This document shows positions 1 through 10,029 of a stretch of 64,000 nucleotides of DNA, piece by piece. The first letter of the stretch is position 1; every line of letters starts with the position of its first letter. The stretch spans positions 2,232,001 through 2,296,000 of the forward strand of contig OX337228.1 in NCBI GenBank assembly GCA_946965045.2, given 5' to 3'. The translations under genes and the position numbers were made by a program. The notes under the pieces are model-generated. The model was not told the origin of the DNA. It saw only the letters and a program-made list of their open reading frames with translations, and did no database searches. This DNA comes from Epithemia pelagica. Its lineage: Eukaryota > Protista > Bacillariophyta.

Positions 1-2
1 TG

Positions 3-3000
3 CTTCAACACCTTAACATTCATCCTACGATTCCCTCACTGGATGACCAGGATTCGTCTCAAGAATTCAACGGTGCCCACCATGAACGAGTCGGCCCTAC
101 AGCAGACACGGTGGTTTCAACGGATCCACCACCCATGGCATACGTCCCGCGAGTCACGGAAAGTACCGTCGCGTCCCGTCCCCATAATATTCATATTCCG
201 TCGCAGCCACCATCCCCAGAGTCTCCACCTCAACGATACCGACCGGATCCGGATGCCTCTTTGTCGTCGGATCCTCTCAGTGGGTACAGTTCATATTCTC
301 GAGAAGTCATCTTAAACGGTGGTGATCAGTCCGTGTACCAACGATCCGTCAGTTTTGCGGATACCATTGAAGCGGCAGAGGAGGCGCTCTACGATGCCGA
401 CCTGTCTCCTGGTGGTAGTTTACTCGATGGCCGCCCTATCCCTACCGAGATCGTCACTCCTGGCCCTGGTCCAACCCCTACACCTGGTCTAGCCACACCA
501 CCCAGTCCTCCCGGTCCTACTCCACCTCCTACTGTTACCCTCGGTGTGAATGAAGTCTATGTGAGGTATCAAAGCACCTCTCGTGATGTTTTAGCTGGCT
601 TCGTGGTCCGTGGCGACTTTCACGGTGTGGCTCACCCCTATCTTCGTGGGTACATTGGGCCTGACCGATCGTCTCAACACTCGCACAAGAACTTCTACGC
701 TGTGCGTCGGGGCTGGAACCCGGGCATCTATACCTCCTGGGGAGATGCCTGGGTCCGTATTGCCGATTTTCGCTCCCTTACAGGCGACTCTCCCGAGTTC
801 GCAGGAGCGTCTACCTATGACGCCGCTGTGCGTTACCTGGGGTGGGACCCGCGCCTGTGTCCACCTCGCGGCCCGTTTCCACCTCTCCCATCCGTTCCCT
901 ACACCCAAGGCCCTTGGCCTCGCCCTATTGCCACCTTCACTCCCGAGGTGGTGGTCTCTCCTGTCCCTGTGACGGCACCCGCTTCGACCGATACCGCCTC
1001 ATTGGCCGTGCGCCTGGAATCTACTCTCCGGGACGCCTCCGTTCCCCCGGACACAGTTGCTCGGGTTGTTCGTGCCTTCCATGGGACTGCGGATCCTCCT
1101 CCTCCTTTGCCTGGTGTTGTCGGTTCGGGGGGTGGCAATGGTTTTACCGAAACACCCAGTGGCAAACTGCGGAGAGAACAAAAAGGGTTCCCGGAATTTC
1201 CGGCTACCGCCTTTACGGGAGAGCTGTTCGATCAGTTTTACGAGGTTGTACGCAACATCTTGTACATGCCTCACTGGCACCTCTCAAACGGCAGTACGAT
1301 CACTAGTCACACGACAACTCCTGAGAACGATCATGACCGTCTTGTGTCGCAGCAACTCCACTACCATTTGGTGGTAGCAATACAAGCAAAACGTAACCCC
1401 GTTGCACTTGGAGTTCTTTCGGAGTTGCAATCTGAGAAGGCCTATGGGGATGGAATCGTCCTTCTTGAGCGGTTACGGGCTATAGCCTACCCAACAACGA
1501 CAAGCTCCTTCTTCCATGACCTAGACACGTGGCAACGTCTCTCCCATCGCAACAAAGAGGATCTCACCACGTTTTATCGTCGGGCTAAGGAGGCACGAGC
1601 CCGCCTCCAAACCCACAAATATGAAGTGACCGACCTACAGTTCCGTGTTCGCTTTTATTACCTAGTGGTAAAGGGGCCCTATGGGCATGCAATGCGAACT
1701 CTCGAGGAGGAGTTCAAGTGCAACCGATTGGATCTATTCAATATGACAACCCAGGAACTGTTCATTAGCATACACCAAGAGTTTCGCGAAAACTGCTATA
1801 AATCCCGTACCACAATGGAAGTCTTGGATGGGAAGAGCAGTGGTCAAGGCGGTATCAAGGCACGACGTGTATCATCAAGCGCAGACGAGGAGGAAGACTA
1901 CACGGTTGTTGGTCCAAGCCTGACGGCGAGTGAGGCTAAACAGCAACACAAGGACTACAAGTGTCTAATGTGCAAGATACTCCGCAAGGGAAACAAGAAA
2001 GGGGGGCGAGGAATCCTCCCTACCTGGAAGTGCCCTCTCTTGAAAGAATGTGGTTTCACGGTCGAATATGATTATACCAAGGATAGTGTTATGAATCCGG
2101 AGGGGAAGCCTTCGTCATTCCCTTCTGGACGTCGGGGATCTACCGAAAGTAATCGGTCCGATGCTTCCAGCGGGGTCGGTCGACGTGTGCACGAGACGGT
2201 TCCTTCCAGCCCAGCTCCACAGGTCGAAACGGTTGGCAGTTCTGAGTCGTCCAATTGTAAGTTGTTGGGTCCCTCAAGGCTTCCATGTGACACGCTCTCA
2301 CTTACCTCCTGTCCTTCACCACAGAGTGATATACTCCCTGATTTGTCTGACGATTGGAGCGAAACTCCTTCTGACGATGATGGATCAGTTTCCTCTGGCC
2401 CATGGTTGATTGATAGTCGAGATAGTGATTGTAACGTGTTATTAGATGAAGATAGTTCCACCCCACTGTCGACCATTGAGGTTACACCAGTAACAGGTCG
2501 TCGCATCCATCCGTCGACTCCACCCATCGCCAGTCGTTCCCTTGTTTGTCCAGACTCTGGAGCTACTGCCGATATGTTCTGGGATCGTGCCTTGTTTGTA
2601 GACACCGAGTATGAAGAAGTTTCGGGTCAATTCGTCGAGATGGGAGATGGTTGCCGTGTTCCTATTGCAGGCCGTGGTTCTGTCCAATTCCACATGGACG
2701 GTCATAATGTCCGGTTAGCAGATTGCTACCACGTCCCCGACCTCGACGTTCACTTGATGTCGATCCGTGTTCACCGTCGCCGTGGTGCCGGCTGTTGTTT
2801 TGTCGCTGATGACCGGGGCATGTCGTTGACTTTTCCCACCTTTGTGGTATCGGTTGATGACCATTCGGACCCATTGATTCCTATTACGGCCTGTTCGCCA
2901 TCCTTATCTCTGGACGCCTTGTCTTACTGTGATGGTCATGGGAGTGTCTTGTACGGTCGCGCGTGTCATCTCGTTGGTCGCCGCATGAGTACTCGATCCC

Positions 3001-6000
3001 AAACTCAGAAAGACTCGTCGTTGCCCCATTCTTCGGTTGAGTCTCCCCCTCTTCCCTCGTGCTATGTTTCGGATACTGGTGTGGGTAAAACTCGCCGGCA
3101 TACCCCTTTTGAGTTGCATCGTTTGTTCGGCAACCGCACCGTGGGTGATTTTGCTCGGCTGCAGGAGGTTGGTAGTGGGTTGCAAGTGGTAGATGCTCAG
3201 GAGGCTGTGCCCACTGTGGGTGATTTCACCACCATCGACCAGCGTCGTCGCGGTCCTTCCCGTCGTCGTGAGCGTGCAAAGCTGGATTTGGTGGGTATGG
3301 ATATTGGTTACGGGTCCGGCACATCTCCGGGCGGCTACAACTATTGTTTGACTCTTGTGGACAGTGCTACGCGTATGGTATTTTGTTATGGTTTACAACG
3401 GCTTACGGGCGGTGATCTACAGGACGCCTTTTGGCGTTTCCTTATTGATGCTGGTGGCATTCCGCGGACGGTTCAGTGCGACTTCGACTCTCGGTTTCTC
3501 GGTGGCAGTATGGCTGGGTTCCTGAAGAGCCTCCGCGTGGTCGTTCGCTCTGCTTCTCCCCGTCGTCAATCTTCCAACGGCCTTGTCGAACGGACTTGGC
3601 GCACGGGCGTCCGCATGGCTCGTTCGTTTCTGGCAGAGGCGAAACTCCCTCGGGCCTATTGGTTTTGGGCCTTACGTGAATCCTTTCACCGGATGAATCT
3701 TCTCCCGGTCCAAGTGGAGTCGTCTCGTTGGTCGACTCCCCTCGAACTTTTCTATTCCTGTCGACCCGACTACCGGGTTCTCTTTCCCTTTGGGTCCATT
3801 GGTTATTTTCATCGGCCGACGGATGGTCGTCGCTCCCGACAGACCTTTGAAGCCCGTAGTTTTGTTGGCATCGCCGTGGGGCGCAGTGATTTTTGCAACG
3901 GGTTGATCTTCTACAACCCTGATTTGCGTGCTTTTTCGGTGTCCTCCGATTATTCGTTGGATTGTGACCGGAGTGTTCAGGACGCCTTCCCCTCTCAGGT
4001 GTACGATGGGGGGCTCCAACTCTCGTTATGGGCTCGTGACCACGAGTCGAAGTCTATTTACCCTCCCGGCACACCGATATTTTGGCGACCGCCCGGCACC
4101 ACCGACCGTTGTCAAGCGGTGGTCCTACAAGTTCCAACTTCACGAACTCCCACGTACAATATTCGTCCGACCAACCCTGCCTCCGATGATCTAGTGGAAG
4201 TCTCTAGCGACGCAGTATGGGGGGTAAATGACCTTAAACAAGGCCAACCACCGTCTCCATCGGCACCCGACGATAATCCACCGACTACGGAAGTTCCCAC
4301 GGAAGCCAATGACCCCTTGCGCCCATCCTGGCTTCGGGACCATGAGGCGGTGACAGTGCAGGTGGATGGTCATGGGTATGTTCAGGGTGAACTCCAGATT
4401 GACGAATATGGAGAGTGGGAATTTGTCAGTCGTGATAAACTTGTCAACAATCAACGACTTGTACTGCCCTTGCCAGATCTAGCACACGCCTACCGCGAGC
4501 AGTTACAGCTTGGTACTCTTATTCCGGGGTGGACGTTAGGGAAGCAGAAGGTGAGCGGACAATTTGTCTCAGCCAGTGGTCTAGATCACAAGAAAGCACC
4601 AGCTAGTCTGATGAACTTGGGGTCGCTCAGTTCCAATGACCGAAAGATTTGGTCAGAGTCTTATGGGGAGGAGCATGGGAGCCTGTGTGGAATGGACGTC
4701 TTCGACGAAATCGACGCAGCCACCTACGCCAGATACAAGGAGGCCGGGTTCACTACAATTCCCACCATGAACATATTCACCATCAAGCCAGACGAATTGG
4801 GGAACCCATATCGGGCTAAGAGCAGGATCGTGGTCCTTGGAAACCTGGAAGAACGGGTTTGGACCAATGCGGATCGCTACGCACCAGTACTACAATCCAC
4901 CAGTTGTCGTTTGCTGCTGTCCATGGCTGTGTCAATGGGAAGGGTGGCAAAACAAGGCGACTGTAAGAATGCCTTTTGCCAACCCGAATTACCGGAAGAT
5001 GAGGTAGTCATTTGTCAGCCACCAAAGGGATGTCCCATTAGCAAACCCGGAACCTACTGGCGGTTGAAGAAGACGCTCTATGGCCTGCGTCGGAGCCCAC
5101 GTCATTGGTACGATAAGTTTGTGGAAGTACTAATGACGGAACTTGGCTTCGAGCGTTGTACGAACGATCCATGCGTCTTGATTGGTAGAGCTACGGAAGA
5201 TGGTCCACCAATCTACGTGGGAGTATATGTGGACGACTTCATTTATTTCAGCAGTGACCCCGAGAGTGAGAAGTGGTTCGAAACTGCCCTTGGGAAGGTA
5301 CTCACTGTGGATTTCATGGGACCTGTAACTTACTTTCTTGGTTGTCGGTACCAATGGAATCGGACCCCTACTGGGGGGCTCAGCCTCCACGTCTCACAAC
5401 CCGGATTCACTGAACAATTGTTGCAAAAGTTTAACATGGCTGATTGCAATCCCGCAACGAGTCCTTATCGATCCGGAATACCAATCGACCGTATTGACAT
5501 CGCCACAACCACTCCAGAGAACAATCCACTCGTGACAACGTATCGATCCCTTATGGGGGGTCTCACCTGGCTAGCCATTAGCACTCGTCCAGATATCGCC
5601 GTGGCACACAAACTTTTGAGTCGACACATCACCAACCCTAGTCCTGGGCACATGGAGGCCGCCAAGCATGTCCTACGGTATCTGCGGGGTACACCAGACA
5701 ATGGCCTGATGTTTGTGGAGTATTCACGCGACAATCCTATCCATGGTTACATCTCTTGGCCACCGAATGTACCACCACCATCACACCATAGCAGTGGAAA
5801 GTACACCGATTCTAATTGGGGTCCCCAGGATGCATCTCGGCCATTGCCAGAGGAAGAGGAAACCCGCACCGTCACCGACGACGAGTGTAAGTCACTGCAA
5901 GGAGCGGTTATTGTCCGAAGTGGTGGACCAATTTGGTGGAAGGTTGAGCGGGAAGACCGGTGTAGTCGTAGCTCATGCGAAGCAGAGATCAAGTCGATGG

Positions 6001-6503
6001 ACTTGGCGACAAAGGAAGCGCAACATCTCATATATTTGATGGAAGAACTCGGTCTTTCGGATACACACACACCCATCCCATTATATAACGACAACAAAAG
6101 GTCAGTGGACTGGAGTGGCACGGGGGCCATCACCAAGCGCCTTCGACACATCAACATGCGACATGTCGCTATTCGCGACGCTATCCAAGCCAAAGAAGTG
6201 GTTGTCCACCATATCCCGGGTAATGTGAACCCAGCTGATTTGCTCACGAAAGAGCATCGAGACGTTGGTCATTTCCAAGAACTCCGTAACATCTTGGTTC
6301 CTCAGTTGACAGGAGTGGGGGGTGTTGGAAATACCAACGAAAGTGAGATCGCCCGGCGCGGTCAGAAGGCCAGTCACGAATTACCAAAGACAAGACCAAA
6401 GACGAGAGCTAAGCAAGTGAGTTGGGCCGACGTAGTGCGTGGACGAAGAGTAGAGCAAAGATCTTATAATTTTACATCCTTTGGAAAACCCACTCCGTTC
6501 TAA
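3..6503 (+). CDS. Gag-Pol polyprotein (5' partial; frame is open from the window start, so GTG at 111 is not the true start)
   Basis: Protease DSGATADMF; integrase DIGYG / LVDSATR / VQCDFD / SNGLVERTW; RT KSRIVVLG, GDCKNAF, LKKTLYGLRRSPRHW, VYVDDFI; RNase H YTDSNW, SSCEAE, NPADLLTK. No stop or frameshift over more than 2,130 codons. Confidence 0.95.
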   Translation, partial: LQHLNIHPTIPSLDDQDSSQEFNGAHHERVGPTADTVVSTDPPPMAYVPRVTESTVASRPHNIHIPSQPPSPESPPQRYRPDPDASLSSDPLSGYSSYSREVILNGGDQSVYQRSVSFADTIEAAEEALYDADLSPGGSLLDGRPIPTEIVTPGPGPTPTPGLATPPSPPGPTPPPTVTLGVNEVYVRYQSTSRDVLAGFVVRGDFHGVAHPYLRGYIGPDRSSQHSHKNFYAVRRGWNPGIYTSWGDAWVRIADFRSLTGDSPEFAGASTYDAAVRYLGWDPRLCPPRGPFPPLPSVPYTQGPWPRPIATFTPEVVVSPVPVTAPASTDTASLAVRLESTLRDASVPPDTVARVVRAFHGTADPPPPLPGVVGSGGGNGFTETPSGKLRREQKGFPEFPATAFTGELFDQFYEVVRNILYMPHWHLSNGSTITSHTTTPENDHDRLVSQQLHYHLVVAIQAKRNPVALGVLSELQSEKAYGDGIVLLERLRAIAYPTTTSSFFHDLDTWQRLSHRNKEDLTTFYRRAKEARARLQTHKYEVTDLQFRVRFYYLVVKGPYGHAMRTLEEEFKCNRLDLFNMTTQELFISIHQEFRENCYKSRTTMEVLDGKSSGQGGIKARRVSSSADEEEDYTVVGPSLTASEAKQQHKDYKCLMCKILRKGNKKGGRGILPTWKCPLLKECGFTVEYDYTKDSVMNPEGKPSSFPSGRRGSTESNRSDASSGVGRRVHETVPSSPAPQVETVGSSESSNCKLLGPSRLPCDTLSLTSCPSPQSDILPDLSDDWSETPSDDDGSVSSGPWLIDSRDSDCNVLLDEDSSTPLSTIEVTPVTGRRIHPSTPPIASRSLVCPDSGATADMFWDRALFVDTEYEEVSGQFVEMGDGCRVPIAGRGSVQFHMDGHNVRLADCYHVPDLDVHLMSIRVHRRRGAGCCFVADDRGMSLTFPTFVVSVDDHSDPLIPITACSPSLSLDALSYCDGHGSVLYGRACHLVGRRMSTRSQTQKDSSLPHSSVESPPLPSCYVSDTGVGKTRRHTPFELHRLFGNRTVGDFARLQEVGSGLQVVDAQEAVPTVGDFTTIDQRRRGPSRRRERAKLDLVGMDIGYGSGTSPGGYNYCLTLVDSATRMVFCYGLQRLTGGDLQDAFWRFLIDAGGIPRTVQCDFDSRFLGGSMAGFLKSLRVVVRSASPRRQSSNGLVERTWRTGVRMARSFLAEAKLPRAYWFWALRESFHRMNLLPVQVESSRWSTPLELFYSCRPDYRVLFPFGSIGYFHRPTDGRRSRQTFEARSFVGIAVGRSDFCNGLIFYNPDLRAFSVSSDYSLDCDRSVQDAFPSQVYDGGLQLSLWARDHESKSIYPPGTPIFWRPPGTTDRCQAVVLQVPTSRTPTYNIRPTNPASDDLVEVSSDAVWGVNDLKQGQPPSPSAPDDNPPTTEVPTEANDPLRPSWLRDHEAVTVQVDGHGYVQGELQIDEYGEWEFVSRDKLVNNQRLVLPLPDLAHAYREQLQLGTLIPGWTLGKQKVSGQFVSASGLDHKKAPASLMNLGSLSSNDRKIWSESYGEEHGSLCGMDVFDEIDAATYARYKEAGFTTIPTMNIFTIKPDELGNPYRAKSRIVVLGNLEERVWTNADRYAPVLQSTSCRLLLSMAVSMGRVAKQGDCKNAFCQPELPEDEVVICQPPKGCPISKPGTYWRLKKTLYGLRRSPRHWYDKFVEVLMTELGFERCTNDPCVLIGRATEDGPPIYVGVYVDDFIYFSSDPESEKWFETALGKVLTVDFMGPVTYFLGCRYQWNRTPTGGLSLHVSQPGFTEQLLQKFNMADCNPATSPYRSGIPIDRIDIATTTPENNPLVTTYRSLMGGLTWLAISTRPDIAVAHKLLSRHITNPSPGHMEAAKHVLRYLRGTPDNGLMFVEYSRDNPIHGYISWPPNVPPPSHHSSGKYTDSNWGPQDASRPLPEEEETRTVTDDECKSLQGAVIVRSGGPIWWKVEREDRCSRSSCEAEIKSMDLATKEAQHLIYLMEELGLSDTHTPIPLYNDNKRSVDWSGTGAITKRLRHINMRHVAIRDAIQAKEVVVHHIPGNVNPADLLTKEHRDVGHFQELRNILVPQLTGVGGVGNTNESEIARRGQKASHELPKTRPKTRAKQVSWADVVRGRRVEQRSYNFTSFGKPTPF
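6311..6322 (+). other. Polypurine tract
   Basis: aggagtgggggg lies immediately before the LTR start tgttggaa. Confidence 0.85.
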
Positions 6504-6505
6504 CA
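6323..6505 (+). repeat. 3' LTR, 183 bp
   Basis: Starts TGTTGGAA directly after the PPT and ends TTCTAACA (7/8 terminal inverted match, TG...CA). Confidence 0.85.
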
Positions 6506-6689
6506 ATTCCCCACCGCTTTTTTTGCCATTAATCATGACGTGTCGGGACTGTTTTGAGTCATGGTCATAGTTTCATGAGAAATATTGCTCTTCCTGTTTC
6601 GACCGCGATCCGCGGTGGTTGTTCAGATCTTTGTCTTTGTTGGTGGGTTGTCGAAGCAATACGACGACGACAATACCAAAGGGATCAAG

Positions 6690-9600
6690 ATGGGTCGCAG
6701 CAGCAACCACAACAATGCACATAGCAAGAAGAGCAACTCTGCTGCTCAAGAAGCCAAAGGGATGAGTGCGAAGGGGGCGGACGCGAAGAAAGATACGGAA
6801 GAGGAAGGTGTGACGGATGCCATTTCCGGCGGAAGCAGCGACAGTGAAAGTGGGAAGGACCCTTCAACACTTTATGTCATTGTTTGGTCCGTGGTAACCC
6901 TGATGTGCTTGCAAGTGCTTTACCAAGCATGTATGGAAGCGTACGATATTCGCTTGTATGCCATTCGTGAATATGGTCGAGTCATTCATGAATTCGACCC
7001 TTATTTCAACTACCGAGCCACTGAATATCTCTACGCAAATGGATGGAAGGCCTTTTCGCAGTGGTTCGACTACATGTCCTGGTATCCACTCGGACGACCA
7101 GTGGGTACTACTATCTACCCAGGCATGCAAGTGACATCGGTATGGATCAAGAATCATGTTTTGCCCAATTGGTCCATCAATGATATTTGCTGTTTTGTGC
7201 CCGCCTGGTTTGGCGTGACTGCGACTCTGGCCGTTGCCTTTTTGACCTATGTATGTACATCTGCGAACAACTACAAATGTTCTCTCAATACCATTCCGGT
7301 GGTCGGTCACATTTACCAAGTTGTTGTTCCACCGGTCATTCGCTTTGTCCTCCACTGGAGTCGCAAGTTGCTCGGAACTACCTTTGGTCTAGGAGTCTAT
7401 TATCGACGTGCGGCCCTCAGCTCGGGAATCTCTGCTCCTCCTGCTACTACCACAATTTTGACGTCATGGACTCCCTCTTTGTGTGCCACCGCGGCGGCTT
7501 GTATCATGAGCATTGTGCCTGCTCATTTATTGCGAAGTGTGGGGGGTGGCTATGACAATGAGAGCATTGCTATGACAGCCATGGTTTTGACTTTTGCCTG
7601 TTGGTGCAAGGCACTCGAGGACAATGTCTCACAATACGTCACAATCTTGTGGGGCACCATTACGGGGCTTGCCTACTTTTATATGGTGGCCGCCTGGGGT
7701 GGCTTTACCTTTGTCTTGAATCTCGTTGGTGTCCATGCTTCGTATTTGGTCTTTACGGGAAATTACTCCACCAAACTTCATCGGGCCTACACTTCCTTTT
7801 TTGCTGTGGGAACCATTTTGGCCATTCAAGTGCCGGTGGTAGGATGGACGCCCTTGAAATCATTGGAACAGTTGGGACCCTTTTTGGCCTTTGGAGGGAT
7901 GCAACTCATTGAGGTTTGCGAAGTCATGAAACGACAATACGAAAAGAAGCATGGTCGATCCATGTCCTTTGTGCAAGCTTGGAAGTTGCGTATACAGGTG
8001 TTTGCTGTCGCTGCTGTCCTTGCTTTGGCCGTTGTGTTTTTACTCTTACCTACAGGTTATTTTGGTCCGCTTAGTAGCCGCGTTCGGGGATTGTTTGTGA
8101 AACACACCAAAACTGGAAATCCTTTGGTCGATTCCGTTGCAGAGCATCAAGCGGCTAACCCATCGGCGTACTTCCAGTACCTCAATCAAGTTGTCTATCT
8201 TGCGCCCGTCGGCCTTGCCATGACTTTATTGGCCTTTACCAACGACGCGTCTTCATTTTTGGTGGTGTATTCGGTTGCTGCCTATTACTTTTCCCATCGC
8301 ATGGTCCGTCTTATTCTCTTGACTGCGCCTATTGCGTCTGCTCTGGGTGGTATCGCTATTGGTCGCATGATTGCATGGGGCCTCTCCGGTATCGTGCCGG
8401 TCGAACAGACGGTCGACCCCACGGCATCCGAACCGAGTAGCAGTGCCAAGTCAAGCAAAAACAAGCGCAAGAAGGGACGAAAAGGAAGCTGTTCCAAGAC
8501 GGATGAGGACAACCTTGGTTGGGCGTCCTATTCGGAGTCCTGGTGGAGTCGTATTGTTCGTGCCGCTGTCGTTGCGTTTGCTCTAAAGGAAGCCTTTCCT
8601 TTGGCGAAAGACTTCCGAGCAATGGCACACGAGCTTGCTGGACACCTCTCCCATCCAACTATTATTCAGAAGGCTCAAACACGTGATGGTCAAACAATCA
8701 AGGTGGATGACTATCGTGACGCTTACTTTTGGCTTCGTGATCACACGCCCGAAGATGCCCGAATCATGGCATGGTGGGACTACGGCTACCAAATCACAGG
8801 TATCTCCAATCGTACCACGATAGCCGATGGAAATACCTGGAACCACGAACATATTGCCTTTCTTGGGAGGACGCTGACAGCACCAGAAAAGGAGGCCCAC
8901 CGTATTGCCCGACATTTGGCCGACTTTGTTTTGGTATGGGCCGGTGGCGGTGGAGATGATTTGGCCAAGAGTCCGCATCTTCGCCGAATTGCAAACTCTG
9001 TCTATCGTGGACTTTGCTCAGAACCCACATGTCAAGAATTTGGCTTCTATTCTGACCGAACACCTACCCCGCAAATGGAACAGTCGTTGCTCTACAAGCT
9101 TTGTCTAGGTGGCCTGCGAGGTGATGTTCAAGTTGACAAGAATCGATTCCGTGAAGTATATCGATCGAAATATGGCAAAGTCCGAATCTATAAAATCATG
9201 AGTGTTTCCGCCGAGTCCAAGGAATGGGTGGCAAATCCCGACAATCGCGTGTGTGACGCTCCGGGCAGTTGGTTCTGCCGCGGCCAGTATCCACCCGCCC
9301 TAGAGAAGATTCTGAAGGAGAAGAAGGACTTCAAGCAACTGGAAGATTTCAACGCAAAGAGTGAGGATGACTCAGATTACCAAAGAGAATATTTTGACAA
9401 CTTGTTGAATCGAAAGACCTCTGAAGCAACGCCTCGAAAACAAAAGGCTGCTGCGGCGCCAACTTCGGATCTGAAAACGCAAGACCTCAACAACTTTAAA
9501 AATGAGATTGATGAAGAAGACATTGATATCATCAACGAGAATTGGGAAAACACCCCACTGACGACAATGATGTGGGAACTTATTGCTGAGAACAACTTTG

Positions 9601-9797
9601 ATGAGTTTTACCAGATCATTCAGGAAAATCCTTCTTTAGTGCATGTACGCAGCGAGGACGGACGAGGACCAATGTGGTGGGCTCACGAGCATGGACGAGG
9701 AAAGATGGTTCAGATAATGAAGAAGTTAAAGGTCCGTGAAGATCGCACGGATGAGAAAGGTATGACTCCTCTTGATGTATCCAAGCTCAAGAAGTAA
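6690..9797 (+). CDS. STT3: Oligosaccharyltransferase catalytic subunit STT3 with C-terminal ankyrin-like extension
   Basis: HEFDPYFNYR, YDNES, SVAEH, WWDYGYQ and DGNTWNHEH motifs; many TM segments. First ATG at 6690 (the track's TTG at 6585 is unlikely). Confidence 0.95.
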   Translation: MGRSSNHNNAHSKKSNSAAQEAKGMSAKGADAKKDTEEEGVTDAISGGSSDSESGKDPSTLYVIVWSVVTLMCLQVLYQACMEAYDIRLYAIREYGRVIHEFDPYFNYRATEYLYANGWKAFSQWFDYMSWYPLGRPVGTTIYPGMQVTSVWIKNHVLPNWSINDICCFVPAWFGVTATLAVAFLTYVCTSANNYKCSLNTIPVVGHIYQVVVPPVIRFVLHWSRKLLGTTFGLGVYYRRAALSSGISAPPATTTILTSWTPSLCATAAACIMSIVPAHLLRSVGGGYDNESIAMTAMVLTFACWCKALEDNVSQYVTILWGTITGLAYFYMVAAWGGFTFVLNLVGVHASYLVFTGNYSTKLHRAYTSFFAVGTILAIQVPVVGWTPLKSLEQLGPFLAFGGMQLIEVCEVMKRQYEKKHGRSMSFVQAWKLRIQVFAVAAVLALAVVFLLLPTGYFGPLSSRVRGLFVKHTKTGNPLVDSVAEHQAANPSAYFQYLNQVVYLAPVGLAMTLLAFTNDASSFLVVYSVAAYYFSHRMVRLILLTAPIASALGGIAIGRMIAWGLSGIVPVEQTVDPTASEPSSSAKSSKNKRKKGRKGSCSKTDEDNLGWASYSESWWSRIVRAAVVAFALKEAFPLAKDFRAMAHELAGHLSHPTIIQKAQTRDGQTIKVDDYRDAYFWLRDHTPEDARIMAWWDYGYQITGISNRTTIADGNTWNHEHIAFLGRTLTAPEKEAHRIARHLADFVLVWAGGGGDDLAKSPHLRRIANSVYRGLCSEPTCQEFGFYSDRTPTPQMEQSLLYKLCLGGLRGDVQVDKNRFREVYRSKYGKVRIYKIMSVSAESKEWVANPDNRVCDAPGSWFCRGQYPPALEKILKEKKDFKQLEDFNAKSEDDSDYQREYFDNLLNRKTSEATPRKQKAAAAPTSDLKTQDLNNFKNEIDEEDIDIINENWENTPLTTMMWELIAENNFDEFYQIIQENPSLVHVRSEDGRGPMWWAHEHGRGKMVQIMKKLKVREDRTDEKGMTPLDVSKLKK

Positions 9798-10029
9798 GGT
9801 GAGATGAAAGCATTTGTACCCTGGAAATAAATTCTACGTTCAATCCAATAGTCTCTAAAGTAGAGCCTTGGGAAGTCTATTAGGAGATGACAGGAATCAA
9901 ACCAATTTAGACCGAGTACCAGAAAACTGTTCCAATGGAAGAAAGATCCGAACGAAACTTGAAATTCACCAATTTGGAGAAAACTGAAATGGATGTTCAC
10001 GCCTGTTTGTAAATCAAGGGACTTTTGGA

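Larger units (their letters stand above)
1..6505 (+). mobile_element. Ty1/copia LTR retrotransposon (diatom CoDi-like), 5' part outside the window
   Basis: Single gag-pol ORF in copia order PR-IN-RT-RH, followed by a PPT and a TG...CA LTR. No 5' LTR or PBS in the window. Candidate TSD attcc at 6506-6510 cannot be verified. Confidence 0.95.

Noticed and set aside
1-110. A 5' LTR or primer-binding site at the window start
   Set aside because: No match to the 3' LTR, and the gag frame is open from base 3.
6585-6689. TTG-initiated N-terminal extension of STT3
   Set aside because: Non-ATG start in a eukaryote; ATG at 6690 gives a typical cytosolic N-tail.
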